A stretch of DNA of 64,000 nucleotides from Octopus sinensis (GCF_006345805.1 NC_043001.1:55924001-55988000), one strand, 5' to 3'. Counted from the stretch's first letter, positions 24,474 through 38,047 are shown. The notes: generated by a model from the letters alone, not told the origin. Numbers and translations are program-made.

Positions 24474-24505
<32 letters not shown>

Positions 24506-24529
24506 CTATATACATGACTTTGCTTTTAG

Positions 24530-24800
24530 GGTGTTGCACCCACAATTGCGAGATTGTAGGTTTGATTCCTATTCCATTTGCTGTGTTGTGTTCTTGAGCA
24601 AAGAACTTCATTTCATGTCGCTCTGTAATTATTTCGTCATCTCACATGTGGCACATGGTGCACCTGTACAGGTAATGCCGATTTGACTGTGGGAGTGAGC
24701 TCATGTGTACACAAACATTTGATCATTATAAACAAATCATCTGTGTGTTCGTTCAGCAATTTCTTGCTGAACCCTCATACATTGTCTTATGACAGGAGAG
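24530..24800 (+). mobile_element. Degraded tRNA-derived SINE
   Basis: GGTTTGATTCC B-box, GTGTTCTTGAGCAAAG core; related copy at 49130-49340 (minus). Confidence 0.6.
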
Positions 24801-24984
24801 TCCATCATTATTTTTTGTATTTACTATTTACCGCATGCTCACACAGACCCCCAGCCTTCTGACTGACTTCGAAGTACTTAATGAGCAGAATTCTTTCTAC
24901 CATCAGATTACATACCTTGTTCATTTAGAGTATGCCATTTTTGCACCTTGATTGTGAATATACATATACAAATATACATATATA

Positions 24985-25130
24985 TGGCTGTGTGGTTAGG
25001 GAGCTTGCTTTCTAGCTATATGGTTTCGGGTTCAGTCCCACTGCATGGCACTTCGGGTAGGTGTCTTCCACTATCGCCCCGAGCTGACCGGAGCTTTGTG
25101 ATTGAATTCGGTAGGTGGAAGTTACTGCCG
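24985..25130 (+). mobile_element. Family A SINE head
   Basis: TGGCTGTGTGGTTAGG..GGGTTCAGTCCCACTG. Confidence 0.8.
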
Positions 25131-25182
25131 TGTGTGTACATGTACGTGTAGGTGCTTGTGCCTCTCCGAAAGAGAGAGAGGG

Positions 25183-25219
<37 letters not shown>

Positions 25220-25440
25220 TATATATATACACATAGATATATATATATGCATGTCTTTACATACACACAATGTGTGTGTGTGTGTGTAAACCAAGCCACA
25301 ACAGACTATGGAACCTGGTACAGCCCCTGACCATGCCAGTTTTTATCATGCCATCCAATCCATGCCACCCTGAAAAACACATGTTAAATGATTATATATA
25401 TATATATATGTGTGTGTGTTTGTGTATATATATATATATA

Positions 25441-25773
25441 TATAAAATAATTTTTGCGTAATAAGATAAAAAGGCCAAGGGTGTGTAGATATTAGAGCAT
25501 TTATAGATAGAAGGTCTTACAGCTGTTTCTAGGATATTAATTAATAATATCCCTTCATTGGAGATGGTGTGAGAGGAAAGTTAAGTCATAGTTAGTTTAG
25601 ATGTGATACAAAATAGAGAGTGAGATGGAGGAAAGAAAATAGATGCACACCGTCTCTGATAAAGGGATATTATTATAAATATCCTAGAAACAGCTGTAAG
25701 ACCTTCTATCTATAAATGCTCTAATATCTATACAGCCTTGGTTTTTTATCTTATTACGCAAAAAATTCTTATA
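25441..25773. mobile_element. Fold-back element with about 130-bp arms, each carrying a mutated hammerhead
   Basis: 25441-25571 is about rc of 25646-25773, with a 74-bp purine-rich spacer. Confidence 0.85.
25652..25702 (+). ncRNA. Degenerate type-I hammerhead (core CTGATAA); mirror copy on the minus strand of the left arm (core CCAATGA)
   Basis: Stem I GTCT/AGAC, stem II GGATATT/AATATCC, GAAA, palindromic stem III ACAGCTGT, triplet GUA. Confidence 0.65.
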
Positions 25774-25907
25774 TACACATGCTGACATAGAACCAACGTT
25801 GAGCCCTTTATTCGCAATATTACCGAATCTGGAACTTAACTATGGTCTGTCTATAGCGCTTATTCAGCATTACCTGACACCTTTGGGTCTCAATGACACC
25901 ATTATCT

Positions 25908-25944
<37 letters not shown>

Positions 25945-26279
25945 CACACACATGTACATATATGCATACATATATCAGCTTTATCGTCGTTTTAAAATGA
26001 CTTTCTACATAGTTCCACCAGTCAAGCAGAATTCATTGAAGCAGAATTTCTATGACCAGATGTCCTTTGTAACACCAATCTTCACCTGTCTCCAACCAAG
26101 CTATAAAATTCCCTCTGCCCTCATCACACCTATCACACAAGGTGATAAAAATAAAAGAAGATACAACCACAGCTTCTCCAGCACACTCCCACAATCACAC
26201 ACACACACACACACACACACACAGATCATAAGACTAGATTCTTTCAGTTTCTCTTAACTAAATTTACACAGAAGGCCTG

Positions 26280-26333
26280 GTTCGAGCCTGTCATATGTAT
26301 GTGTGTGTGTTTGGATCTATATTTATATGTTTG

Positions 26334-26366
<33 letters not shown>

Positions 26367-26404
26367 ATATAAACACACACAGGCTTGTGAAATCTCTATG
26401 CATA

Positions 26405-26451
<47 letters not shown>

Positions 26452-26908
26452 GTATGTGTGTGCATATATAAATATTCACATGTATATGTATACATACATA
26501 TATATGAATGTATGTGTGTTTGTGTGCATTTGTATGTATATAGATATACATACAAATGGACACATACTTATATACATACGTACATACACACATATATATA
26601 TGACAGTAGTTATGTCTAAAACTATTTGACTTTTGATGAGATGTCTGTTAATAAGCGGAGCCTTGTAGTCTGGTAGCTGTCTGCTTGTAAGTTCTTCTTG
26701 TTAAGACAAGTGCCATTTATGTCTAAGTGACTTATGTAGCATTTCATCTCTCCCAGCTCACTACTCCTACACTTTAACAAACATATGCGTGTTTAATCAA
26801 TGAATAGATGTGATGACTTGATAGACATTGGACAGTTTATGTAAATAAAATACAATGATATTTGCTTGTGCTTACATTCTCTTTCTCTCTCTGTACTAGC
26901 ACACATAC

Positions 26909-26943
<35 letters not shown>

Positions 26944-26944
26944 A

Positions 26945-26991
<47 letters not shown>

Positions 26992-27111
26992 CATGCATAT
27001 GCATAAATAGAAAGATGGATAGATACACACACACACACATGCATTTATAGAGATACAAACACATACACATGCAAATATATATATATATATAATGTATGTG
27101 TGTATGTATAT

Positions 27112-27155
<44 letters not shown>

Positions 27156-27168
27156 GTATGTGTGTGTA

Positions 27169-27199
<31 letters not shown>

Positions 27200-27330
27200 T
27201 TACATATACATATATATTTACATATATATATGTATATATATATATATATATATTTACACACACAAATACACATATATATATATAAACATCTTCACATTCA
27301 CACACACAATCACCCATGCATACACACATT
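26280..27330. repeat. TA/TG/CA microsatellite blocks
   Basis: Directly visible (26280-26605 and 26900-27330). Confidence 0.93.
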
Positions 27331-29084
27331 AATTTAAACTTGAAACACAAAGGAATACAATGGTGGTGGTGATGATGATGAATTCCTTTATTGACAGAAG
27401 GTTTGTGGATAGTTTGTGGTTATTACAAACAAATTATAAAACAACGTCAGAGGTTTTACAATGTGTATGAAAAGAAAAATAGCAAAGAAATTGGAAAACA
27501 CAGAATAACAGTGATATTAAATTTGTGTGCGTGTTTGCAAACTCATACACGTAAGCATACGCACAATCAAACACGCATTTACAATCATATACACTCAAGA
27601 GTATTCTACATGACACAAATCAAATTATCTTGAGCTAAATATTATTATATGTAATGGAAAGCGTGCAAAGCACATGCAACAGCGCTATATGAAGTCATTG
27701 CCTAGTTTCTAAAACATGCAAAATGAAAAATGAGATTTGGATAGTGAGCTTCTCAAGATGGCAAGTTGTTAGAATGATCAGAATTTTAGATAAAATGTCT
27801 TGTGGTATTTGATATTTGTTGTGGCTCTCTGTGCCAGATAATGTCCCATCAAGCTTGACTTCACTTTCCATCACTTTGAGACTGATTTCCTCCACAAAAT
27901 AGGGATGATGGTGGAGAAATGAGTCCTGCAAGGTGGAATGGTTGTTAGAGCAAGTGTTGGCCTTTCTCAGCAGTAGCACTATTGTGACTATTGCCACAGG
28001 GTGCTGCTGAGCATACCATTAGTTCTGGGGTATGTGGCCCATTGCTTCTACGTCCTCTGCAGCTTTACCCAAACATTTTTCTTTTCTTTCTTCTCTCTTT
28101 TTCCCCTGTTTCTTTGCATTTAAATTCAAATTAAAAATATTCAAAAATGAATAAAATGGCAGTCAATCTCTAGAGGCAATTCAGTCTTCTATCTTTCTCC
28201 ACCTTTCTATCAATTTCTTGGCTTGGTTTCTGCAGCTGGACACCCTGGCTAATGCCAACCACTCCACAGAATGTACTGGGCACTTTTTACATAGTTTTAG
28301 GGTCTTCTCAAGTACAGCAATGCACCACACATCAGTCCCCTGTCATCTCCTTCATAAAGTTCAACGTTTTGAGATTGACCTTTAATACTTCATCTGTATG
28401 AGACTGTATTTGTGTATAGTGATATAAACTGAATATATTCCTTATAATATTGACTCCATAAAAAGGAATGTGAGTCAAGTTCAAGTGAACCATGAGTCAA
28501 CAAGGCTCAATTAAAAATAAATTAAGTTGCTAAATAAATGCTGGAGTTGTAGTGATGGGAATGGATATGATGAAGAAAATAACAATTATTATTGTACCAG
28601 ATTCAGTCATTAGACTGTACCATGCTGGTGGCACCTCTTTTAAGGGTTCTAATTAGAACCCTTAAGGGAGGTGCCGCCAGCATGACCACAATCTAATGAC
28701 TGAATCTTGTAAAATAATAATAATAAAATAATCGCTGTCATCTTCATTGTATGCATTCCCATCTCTACATAACACGTACACCCTCCTCCTCTTACTGCTC
28801 CTCCTTCTCCTTATCATCATCACATCAACCACATCAACTATGGCAGCCATAGCAGCAGTAACAGCAGCAGTACCTGTCATCCAATTTTCTACAGAGATGC
28901 AATATTTAATGGAAGGCCAGAGAATTTAATCAGATTGTTCAAATTACATTTGTTCATATTAAGTCTGCAACATCAAACAATTAAACACAGACTCACACAC
29001 ACCGAAAGCAAAGCAGTTCATACATCTATCAACCTTCAACATGTTTGGTTCACCTACTTCCATTTTCATTGTTCTGGTTATATA

Positions 29085-29660
29085 GCTACTGCTGCTGCTG
29101 CTGCTGGTGTTGTTGTTGTTATTGGTGGTGGTGGTAATGACTTGTTTTTGTGGTGGTGGTTGTTTTTGTGATTGTGACAGTCGGTGCTGTTGCTCTCCTG
29201 GAAATGATTGTTGCAGTTACAGCTATTGCTGTCGAGGAAGTTGTAGTTGTTGTTGTTGTTGTTGTGATGGAGGTTGAAATTGTTGTTGTTATTGTTGAGG
29301 TGGAGGTAATGGTTGTTGTTGTCTTTACAGCTGTATTGTTGATTTTATTTGTTACTCTTTCCGTTTTTATTGTTGATGTTGTTACTCTTTTGTTTATGGT
29401 TACTGCTGCTCCTGAAACTTGATTTTATTCGTTACTCTTGCAGCACTGGAAGTTGTTTTCATTGCTGTTATTGTTGTAGTCTTTGTTGATGTACTTGTTG
29501 CTGCTGTGGTGGTGGTGGTGGTTGTGGTGATAGTTGTTATTGTTGTTGCACACATTGCTGCTAGTATTTGCAGTTTTAAAATTTGCTTTTTATTTGAGGT
29601 TGTGGCTGCTTTTGTTGTTCTTTTGTTAATTACACCTTTATTATTATTATTGTTGTAAAT
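29085..29660. repeat. Cryptic (GTT/GGT/GCT)n trinucleotide tract
   Basis: Directly visible; gives the Val-rich/Thr-rich pseudo-ORFs. Confidence 0.9.
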
Positions 29661-31217
29661 CATTGGCTCCAAACAGGATCCATATAAGCCTTAGCCGTTC
29701 AAGAACTTGGACCTGGAGATCTCCATTTCCAGCAACTTCAAGGGCTACCTCCCAGTGGTGTCAGGCGTCAATGAAGTTCCCTCGACTACAACAAGACGAC
29801 CAAAGTTTTTTTCTTTTTCCGAGGTCTGGGGTCTCCCACCCCTAAGCACTAGACCATCACCTATCACCCTTACCCATCTTGTTGCTTAACAACAACAATA
29901 TAACCTTGAGGGGTCCATGTAAGATTTTTTTAGGGATCCACACAAGCAAAATAGTAAATTAGGGATCCACAGGTCCAGAAAAAAATTATTCACACTTTGA
30001 ACATTTTCAACCTTAAAACAATTCATGTCTCTAACCTAAACTGCTTTTGATTTCATCCTTCACATTTAACTCCCTTCTTCACCTTCAACTCCAAACTATT
30101 AAATATTTTTTACTCCCATCACTGTTAAAGAGAAATAGTCACACATTTTGTGGATGAGATACTCACCATCATCAAAAGCAGAATTTTGAAAAAAACATTT
30201 TTTTCAAAATATTTTTCAGATTTTCTATACTATGTAGAGTAAAAACAGGATCTGAAGATGAGGACCTTCGAAACCAATGATTGCCAATGCAATGATTTAA
30301 CTTGTATAGCTTTTCAAATACAAATACTTTTCTTTACATCCCTGTATTGGCTGCTATGTATTGCCTGATATTGGTCATATTATTTATCAAAACCATAGTA
30401 TTAGATATGTGCATACACATACACGCGTGCACACACACACATACCCGATAGCATGTGGAGATACTTATGTGTGGCAGTGAATGTGTACATATATACATAC
30501 AAATACATTCACATATATACATAAATACACACACATGCATACATACATATATATATATATATAAAACATATACACAAACGCATATATACATATACACATA
30601 CACACGTCTGTGTGTGTGTTATAATCAATATGTATATTTGTATACACACACGCTCATACATATGCACACTGCAAATATGGATAAACAAATGATGAGTAGA
30701 TGCAGAAAGAAGAATTTCTTTTTCTTCTTCTAATGAAATGTTTTTTCTCTAAACATTGATTCATATTTCAGCTTTATATTACCTCTTATCACATCTCACA
30801 TTCTCTGAATTATACTTCAACATGAAATAAACAACACATACATGCACACACACACACACACACACATTTGTGCTCATGCACATGCGTCGTTGACTCTTTG
30901 TACTCACATTGCCATGTTTCTGCATAATTGAAAATTGTTCACAGTTCTTCTGCGTGTTTGTATATGTGTGCATGTGCATATGTGTGTGCACATGCATGTA
31001 CATGTGTATATATAGATATGCATCTCCAAAGCCTTTGAAAAAGACACAAGAACCAGTGCATACTTCCAGTTCTATCTCTCTTTCTCTCTCCATCTCTCAC
31101 TCTCCCTCTCCCTATCTTTCTCTGTCTCTCATCATCTTCATTTTATGTTTGCCTTCATGTTTGCATAGATTTTACAACTTGTTACAAAACTCCTCGATGG
31201 TTTCGAGGATTATATCT

Positions 31218-31315
31218 CACTTGTAAGTTTGATTTTGACTTGTTACCTATGGTTGGGTGCCCTTCATAATGCCATCCACCCATAAGTAACAAGTCAAAAT
31301 CAAACTTACCAAGTG
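31218..31315. repeat. Near-perfect hairpin, about 42-bp arms, 13-nt loop
   Basis: 31218-31259 vs rc of 31273-31315: 3 mismatches and 1 indel. Confidence 0.9.
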
Positions 31316-31353
31316 TCCTGGATTCATTTTACAGTGGCACCAGCACTCTAGAG

Positions 31354-31580
31354 CAGTGGTTCCCAACCATTATTTTTATCTATGGACCCCTTTGATTCCT
31401 ATTTTATTCAGATGGACCACCATAACCATTAAAGGTTTAAAATGTCTTTGTGTATTTTTAGAATTAGATATTATTAGGAACTGTATGAAAAAGAAATTGT
31501 TACAACAGTTTGTGCATTGTAGAATGATAACCAATTTATTGCAGATAAATTTCAACGACAAAATTTTATTTGGACCCTTT
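31354..31580. mobile_element. hAT MITE fragment
   Basis: CTCTAGAG|CAGTGGTTCCCAACC end. Confidence 0.6.
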
Positions 31581-31584
31581 TCAA

Positions 31585-31990
31585 TGACCCTGGCAAAAAG
31601 AATCGATGGCTTTGATTGCAGATCTCTGAGAACCATCAAGAACTTCAGATGGTACCATCACATTTCTGACAAAGAAATGCATGCACACACACACATGAAT
31701 CTGCAGCCTCCCAGCTCATGACTATTGGTCAAATGTGCAGGTATGGACATGTTCTCCGTCCCCTGCTAGATCCTCCTACTGGGGCTTTACTTTCATTCAA
31801 TGCAGCAGCTGCAGGCAGGAAGAGGCTTCATGACAGGCTCCGCACCAGATGGCTGGACATGATTGGGGAAGATCTCCAGAGGCTTGATGCCACTTGGAAG
31901 ATGCAGAGGGGCTGGCATGGGACCACCAGTGATGGAGAGCACTGCTTGACCTGGCTGGCTCTTTACATGATAGCATCTCTGGGACCACCA
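31585..31990 (+). pseudogene. RTE LINE ORF C-terminal remnant (second family)
   Basis: KRIDGFDCRSLRTI..YGHVLR..RTRWLDMIGEDL..WRAL. Confidence 0.7.
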
Positions 31991-33879
31991 ATCTTGGATG
32001 ACCCCAACCACATCAGGCAAATGCATGAAGCAAGCTAGCAAGAAGCCATATGAACCCTGGTTGGGACTTCTTGCTATAGGGGATGAGGTGAGAGAGTGAT
32101 GGATAGTGACAAATAGTAAGAAGAGAATAAACAATGAGGATGAATAATGAATATCAATATCAAATAGCCTGGGAAGCTGTATAGGTAAGTAAATGTTTCA
32201 AGATGGGTGAGATATTAAGTGTGATACAGATGAGAAAGGGAGGTGGAATTTTAGTTAAAGGGTTAGATAGGTGCTGTAGCATTCTACATGTATGCGTGTG
32301 TGTTTGTGTGTGCATGTGTATGTACATATATGTGTGCGTGGAGGCAAAAATGATTGATATGTGATCAAGACCCTGCCAAATGTTCTGCTTGTTTTCCCTG
32401 TCATAGATTGATTTAATTTTACATATCTATAATATTTAGAGCTAAATTTCCATATATATCTTAGCTTTTGAAATATTTATGGTGATTTTCTGTTGTTTCT
32501 GTAAATGTAGTTTTCGTTGTTGATGTCTAACCCCATGTCAGCACTGATCAAGCAGATCTACAAACAAAAATTTTGTGGCTTTAATTTATTGATCTTTTGC
32601 TCCGACATAGTAAATCTAGGGCTAACAATGGCCAAAATATTCTTCCTTTTCTAAGATGGTAGGATGTGATTTGAGAAATACTGGACTGTTACTTTTAGTC
32701 CGATGATCGACGTTGTTGACTTGTGTTGGAGATAGCGATGGTTGTTGTTTTTTAGCCCCAGGTCAGCAATGACTGAGTGGATCTATGCTCAAATGTGTTC
32801 CTGTGATGACCACCATGACTTTTATTTATATAGTGTATCTAAAACTATATTATCCAATGTGTGCAAGATTATTTTTTGTCTTTTGGTTTCTGAACAGCAT
32901 TTGACACGTATGTGTGTTGGCATATGGTATACATTCTACGTTATTGGTAACATCTTATATTACAATTTCCATGGCTGCTAAAAGATTAATTACTGATCTT
33001 CCCAAATATTTCAAGCTCTGCAGACCATCTTGAGATTGGCAGGAAAATGACATAAAGGAAAAGGGTGGAAGAGGTTTAAACTAGGGAAGCTAACTTCAGT
33101 AAGAAACCTCATAGATATTTCAACAGGAACAGCAGCTGTGTCGTAAAGAGAAGGTGATGGCGGTAAGTTGGGAGGAGGGAGAATGAAAATTCTAGAATCC
33201 ACTTGGAAAATGAACAACCAAACAAATAAATAAAAGAAACACACTGTTGATCTTTGCATTCCTTTGTTCTAGAGTGAAAAATAGGATTCAATCAACAAGC
33301 TAATTAAATATTGACAATTTGATGTAAAAGGGTTTGAAACCTTGACAGAATTTTACTGTTTAATTAATAACATATTTTAGCTATAGAGAGTGATTCTTGT
33401 GCAGATATTTAAATTAAAAACATTGTTAGCTTCAGTTTATGTGAAAGAGCATCTGAAATGGATGTCTTCACAAACATTATAATTTTAGACAGTTGAGATG
33501 TAGCATTGAGGCACTGCCACATTAAGGAGATCTCAAGTATAAAACTCAAAGAGAGGGTAAGTCAGTCTAGTTGCTTTAATGAGTGAAAAAAAATGAGGTT
33601 TTAGACAAAAGTTCTTCAACAAAGGAATCTGAAATCTCTGTTCAAAACATTAGGTTTTGTTCTTTACAGAAACTTAATTTATTGGTACATGAATGAAATA
33701 TTAGATATTGTTATCATTATTGCTAATATAGACTCTCATTAGATTCCTTGGGACTCTAGATATCACCACTATTTTTAATATAGCAGAATGGACAGCTGCT
33801 TGTTTACTATCATTGTCAAAGGAGAGTCAGAGCTTCACCTCAAATCTGACTTGCACACTGATTGAGAATAAAACTAAAC

Positions 33880-34040
33880 ACTCTGCTGGGTGGTTGGCAG
33901 TAAAAACCACTCCAAAACAGACACAGAAGCTTGGTGCAGTCTCTGGCCTGGCCAGTTGCTGTCAAACAGTCCAACCCATGCCACCATGGAAGGTGGACGT
34001 TGAACAGTGATGATGATGATGAGGAGGAGGAGGAGGAGGA
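33880..34040 (+). mobile_element. RTE LINE 3' end
   Basis: CCAACCCATGCCACCATGG core, GAT/GAG tail. Confidence 0.7.
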
Positions 34041-35900
34041 GGAAAATCTCTGCACAGCTGAATGACTTGCTAGAAACAGCTGCAATGACTGCCTTATATC
34101 TTAAAAAAAAGGAAGGGTACATAGGATAATGAAGTCCAGAAAATACAAAAAGTTAGGAAGGTCAAAGCAAGAATGACTTTGATCCTAGGTCTTCTTAAAC
34201 AAGGCTGAACTAGGGAAAGACAATAGAAACTACTACAAAGTAGCAGGACTATAAATAATTATGAAGCCTATGAGGTTTCTTTAGTGTGTCTCTAAAAGCT
34301 GCCTTTAAAATCTGAAGGGGCTCCACTGTAATAAGCATATGGAGAAATTTGACACAGGATTTTGTCAGAAATATGGTGGAGCCAATCTAAAGACATGGTT
34401 TTCAGTGACATAATGATTCAACTAACTAGAATTTAAAGGCAGAAATATATATATATATTGAAAGAAAATTTTAATGGACCATGTGAATAATTATTTTTGT
34501 TTTAATTTGATATGTACTATTTATGGTTGTATTGAACCTTGAATTAGGATAAACTCAGACATTTTTCACAACTATGCTGTCTGTTCTGAACACATTGATT
34601 TGGCAAATGCCAGTATGGTAAGAAGCAAACTCCTGGCAATTTGACACCTCAACATAATTTTCATTCTTAGTTTCAGAAAGTTCACTTCATTTACATTTTT
34701 AAATGCCACTGAAAATGGAATTATATGAGCCAAAGTGGAAGCTTATTCATTGTTGCTCAACCTGTCAGAAACAGAAGGCAAATTTCCAGTAAATCACACC
34801 CTTCTTTGTTAAAAATAGGAAATACACATTGCTAATAAAATCTTAAGATAAACTGTGAAAAAAAAAACCCAACAAAACAACAAAAAACAATGTGGGATTG
34901 TCATAGTTGGAACTTTTGAACATAGGTGTGTTTGACCAGAGCTAACCTATTTCTAAACAACACATGACTAATTCAGTATTCTATTTTATTTGCCATTAAA
35001 ATACCAAAACATATAACTTTATTCATAATGATAAACCCCTCCCTAATATTTAAGAAATGTAAAATGAATTAATACCACCAAGAAAAAGAGAAGATTTTCA
35101 TAACTGTTACTTAGCACTGCCTTATGTAGAAGAGATAAATGTTACTCTGGATAGGATGCTAGTCTATTGTAGATAACACTCCCAGATTATCAGATTCATC
35201 ATTCTCTGATGGTGAGGTGAAGTGGAATAGTATAAAATATGTTTTGCCATTGATACAAAATGAAGTGCCCCTAATGGAACAGAACTCAAAAACTTAGGGG
35301 CAGATTGTCCAGCACTTTATTCCTCCAACTATCCAGTCTCTATTATTACCACAAAAGACTGAAGAGGGGGAAAAATGTGATAACAAAGGCCAATGAGATA
35401 CCGAAAATTTTGATTTTTCTCCATGTGGCAGCTTATGTGATAAGAAAGCTTCTATAGAATTGTTCAATTTACTGAAAATAGCAGACACATGTCTTTGAAG
35501 TACCACATTAAAGTCTTTTAAAAATGGAAGTACAAATTGAGTGATGTGGTATTTATATCTGAAACACAAAGACAATAATTTGTTGTGGATGGTATATCTT
35601 TTGTTATAGGTCTGCTTGTAAAACAAGAACAAGAACAACATCCACCACCACCACCACCACCACCACCTTCACTTCCACCATCACCACCACCACCACCACC
35701 ACCGCCACCACCACCACTACTACTAAATGGCAAGGGTGCTTTGTATATGGTTTGACTGCTTGACATGCTAGAAAGGTTAGCTTAATTTTCCTCAAACAAC
35801 ATACTGCTGTCTTAAAAAAGAAAAGAAGGCCATCTCAAATAACTTTATGTTTGGAAAAACAAGACAAGACGGTCATATTTGAAACACCTTTGTTTATAAG

Positions 35901-36114
35901 TCTTCACAAACAAGAACCGATCTTGGACTAAACGACAACAACAACAACAGGAAGATAAAAATATTATTGAGTTAAATTTCACATCACATGATAAATTCCA
36001 ACAATGCATAACTAAAAGGTTAAACGCTACAAATATCTCAATAACACCAGTTGAAAACAAAATCATACAGACTAATAAAAATCTAGCACCTGATTACCTG
36101 TCTCCGACTGCTAA
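35901..36114 (+). CDS. Candidate 214-nt exon (70 open codons, FTNKNRSWTKRQQQQQEDK...APDYLSPTA)
   Basis: Acceptor CCTTTGTTTATAAG, donor AA|GTGAGT, open frame begins exactly at the acceptor, 4 CpGs retained in a CpG-depleted zone; no homology recognised. Confidence 0.28.
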
Positions 36115-36329
36115 GTGAGTTGGCAAAATGTTGAATAACATGTTTTGCCACATTTCCAATTTGCAATTTCATAATAATGATCAAAAGATGAGATGATGAC
36201 TTTATTAGATTTTATAATAACTTTGGATTGCAAGATGGAAGCTGGTTTTCTCTCGGCTTTCATCTTTTTTCTTTTTTTTTTGAATTGCTTTAAATCTATT
36301 AAAGTTAATAATTTTATTATAGTTGTTAA

Positions 36330-36540
36330 GGTGGCAAGCTGGCAGAATTGCAAGCACACTGGGCAAAATGCTTAGCAGCATTTTGTCTGTCTTTATGTAC
36401 TGGGTTCAAATCCCACTAAGGCTGATTTTTGACTTTCATCCTTTCAGGGTCAATAAATTAAGTACCAGTTGAGCACTGGAAGCAATGTAATCAACTTAGC
36501 AGCTCCCCAAAATTGCAGGCTTTGTGCCAAAATTAGAAAG
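36330..36540 (+). mobile_element. Family B SINE, CpG-decayed
   Basis: AAGGTGGCAAGCTGGCAG head, CATCCTTTCAGGGTCAATAAATTAAGTACC core. Confidence 0.8.
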
Positions 36541-36789
36541 GATAATAATAATAATAATTGTTATTATTAGTTATTGTTGTGGTTTAGAAATAGTTTGATA
36601 ACAGATCACATTTCTTTCCCTGCTGAAGTCAACTTTGCCTTTCATTATTTTAAGAATAAAATAAAGTACCTGTCATACATTGGTTCAATATAATTAACTA
36701 CCCCTCCTCCCACAAAAAATTGCTGGCCTTGTACCTAAATTACAAACATTATTATTATTATTATTATTATTATTATCATTATTATTATG

Positions 36790-36990
36790 AAGGTGGTGAG
36801 CTGGCAGAATTGTTAGCAAGCCAGGCATTTCGTCCATTATATTCTGAGTTCAAATTCCGCCAGGGTCGACTTTGCCTTTCATCCTTTTGGAGTTGATAAA
36901 TTAAGTACCAGTTATACACTGGGGTCGATGTAATCAACTTACTCCCTCCCACCAACTTTCAAGCCTTGTGCTTTTAGTAGAAAGTATTAT
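36790..36990 (+). mobile_element. Family B SINE
   Basis: Same core. Confidence 0.85.
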
Positions 36991-38047
36991 TATTATTGTT
37001 ATTGAATGCTGGTAGAATTGTTAAAGCACAGGAAAAATACCTGGTGGTAATTGTTCCGGTTCTTTACATTCTGAGTTCTATTCTATGAAAGTCAATAAAA
37101 TATTGATTTATTTTTTATATTTTGATAGTTTTTTTGTTTTTAATAGTTTTTCCTTGTGATACAAAATGTATAGCCCTGATGGAGCAGAATGAAGTACAAG
37201 CAACAAATACTCCCTTAAATATTTTGCAAAGAGAAAATATTTGAAAAAATAAAACAGAAAACATGACAACTGCACAGTCATTTGTACCTCAAAAAAGAAA
37301 GAATCTGATGACAAAAATGCAAATTATAACAACAAAAGCAACTATAAATAGCAGGACATTTTAACATATTGTGGGCCAGAAGGAAATGCTGCCCATAGGT
37401 CAGCTTCTGAAAAAATAATACACATAAGAGGTAAGTAAGAAAATCCAGTGACTCCTCATCTCCAGAAAAAAGACGAGGGACATAACATAGGAATGAGGGG
37501 ACTTCCATATGTGTCCTTCAATGTAAAGTTAAAGGTAAATTTTTGTCAATGTGCATTCCATTAACTGGAGGTGACCCATAGTAATATGCAGTTGGATGGG
37601 GTCTGTATGAATATGCAGATACTGATAATGCTGGAAATTACAAGATCACTCTACAGGTGTTCCGCGTTATGGTATCAGAGAGGAAATTATTCATAATGGT
37701 AGCAAAGGGCAGAAAGCAAGATTAGTTATTGTTAACTTCTCAAGTATTGTAAACCATTTTTGTATGACATGTTTTATATTATTTATACAGGTCCTTGTGG
37801 CCAATAAAGGATTGCTATTTTCATGAACTATGAACAATGTAAAACAGGGCGGAAAATTCTGGTAAAGTAATTTCATAAACAAGTTTTGGTTTTAGCTGAG
37901 GCCATATGACTCTTGACAAAAATGTATGTACATAAATATAATCTTATTTTATGAAACTATAATAAACTTGTGGTTTTGTGACTTGTACCATATTCATTGT
38001 CATTATCTCATCTATATATACATGTGTGTGTATATATATATATATAC

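Noticed and set aside
29150-29672. Val-rich and Thr-rich ORFs resembling membrane or mucin proteins
   Set aside because: Cryptic (GTT/GGT)n repeat open on both strands; no splice or homology support
30248-30290. Hammerhead-like CTGAAGA...TTCGAAAC
   Set aside because: Stem II is only 3 bp, stem III does not pair and there is no NUH triplet; at best a dead Penelope remnant
35294-35641. 115-aa minus-strand ORF, and a plus frame with only TGA stops (selenoprotein idea)
   Set aside because: No recognisable domain; on recount the plus frame reaches a TAG by about 35607 and has no SelP-like Cys/Sec context
37791-37861. Exon bounded by TTTATACAG and G|GTAAAG
   Set aside because: All three frames contain stops as assembled
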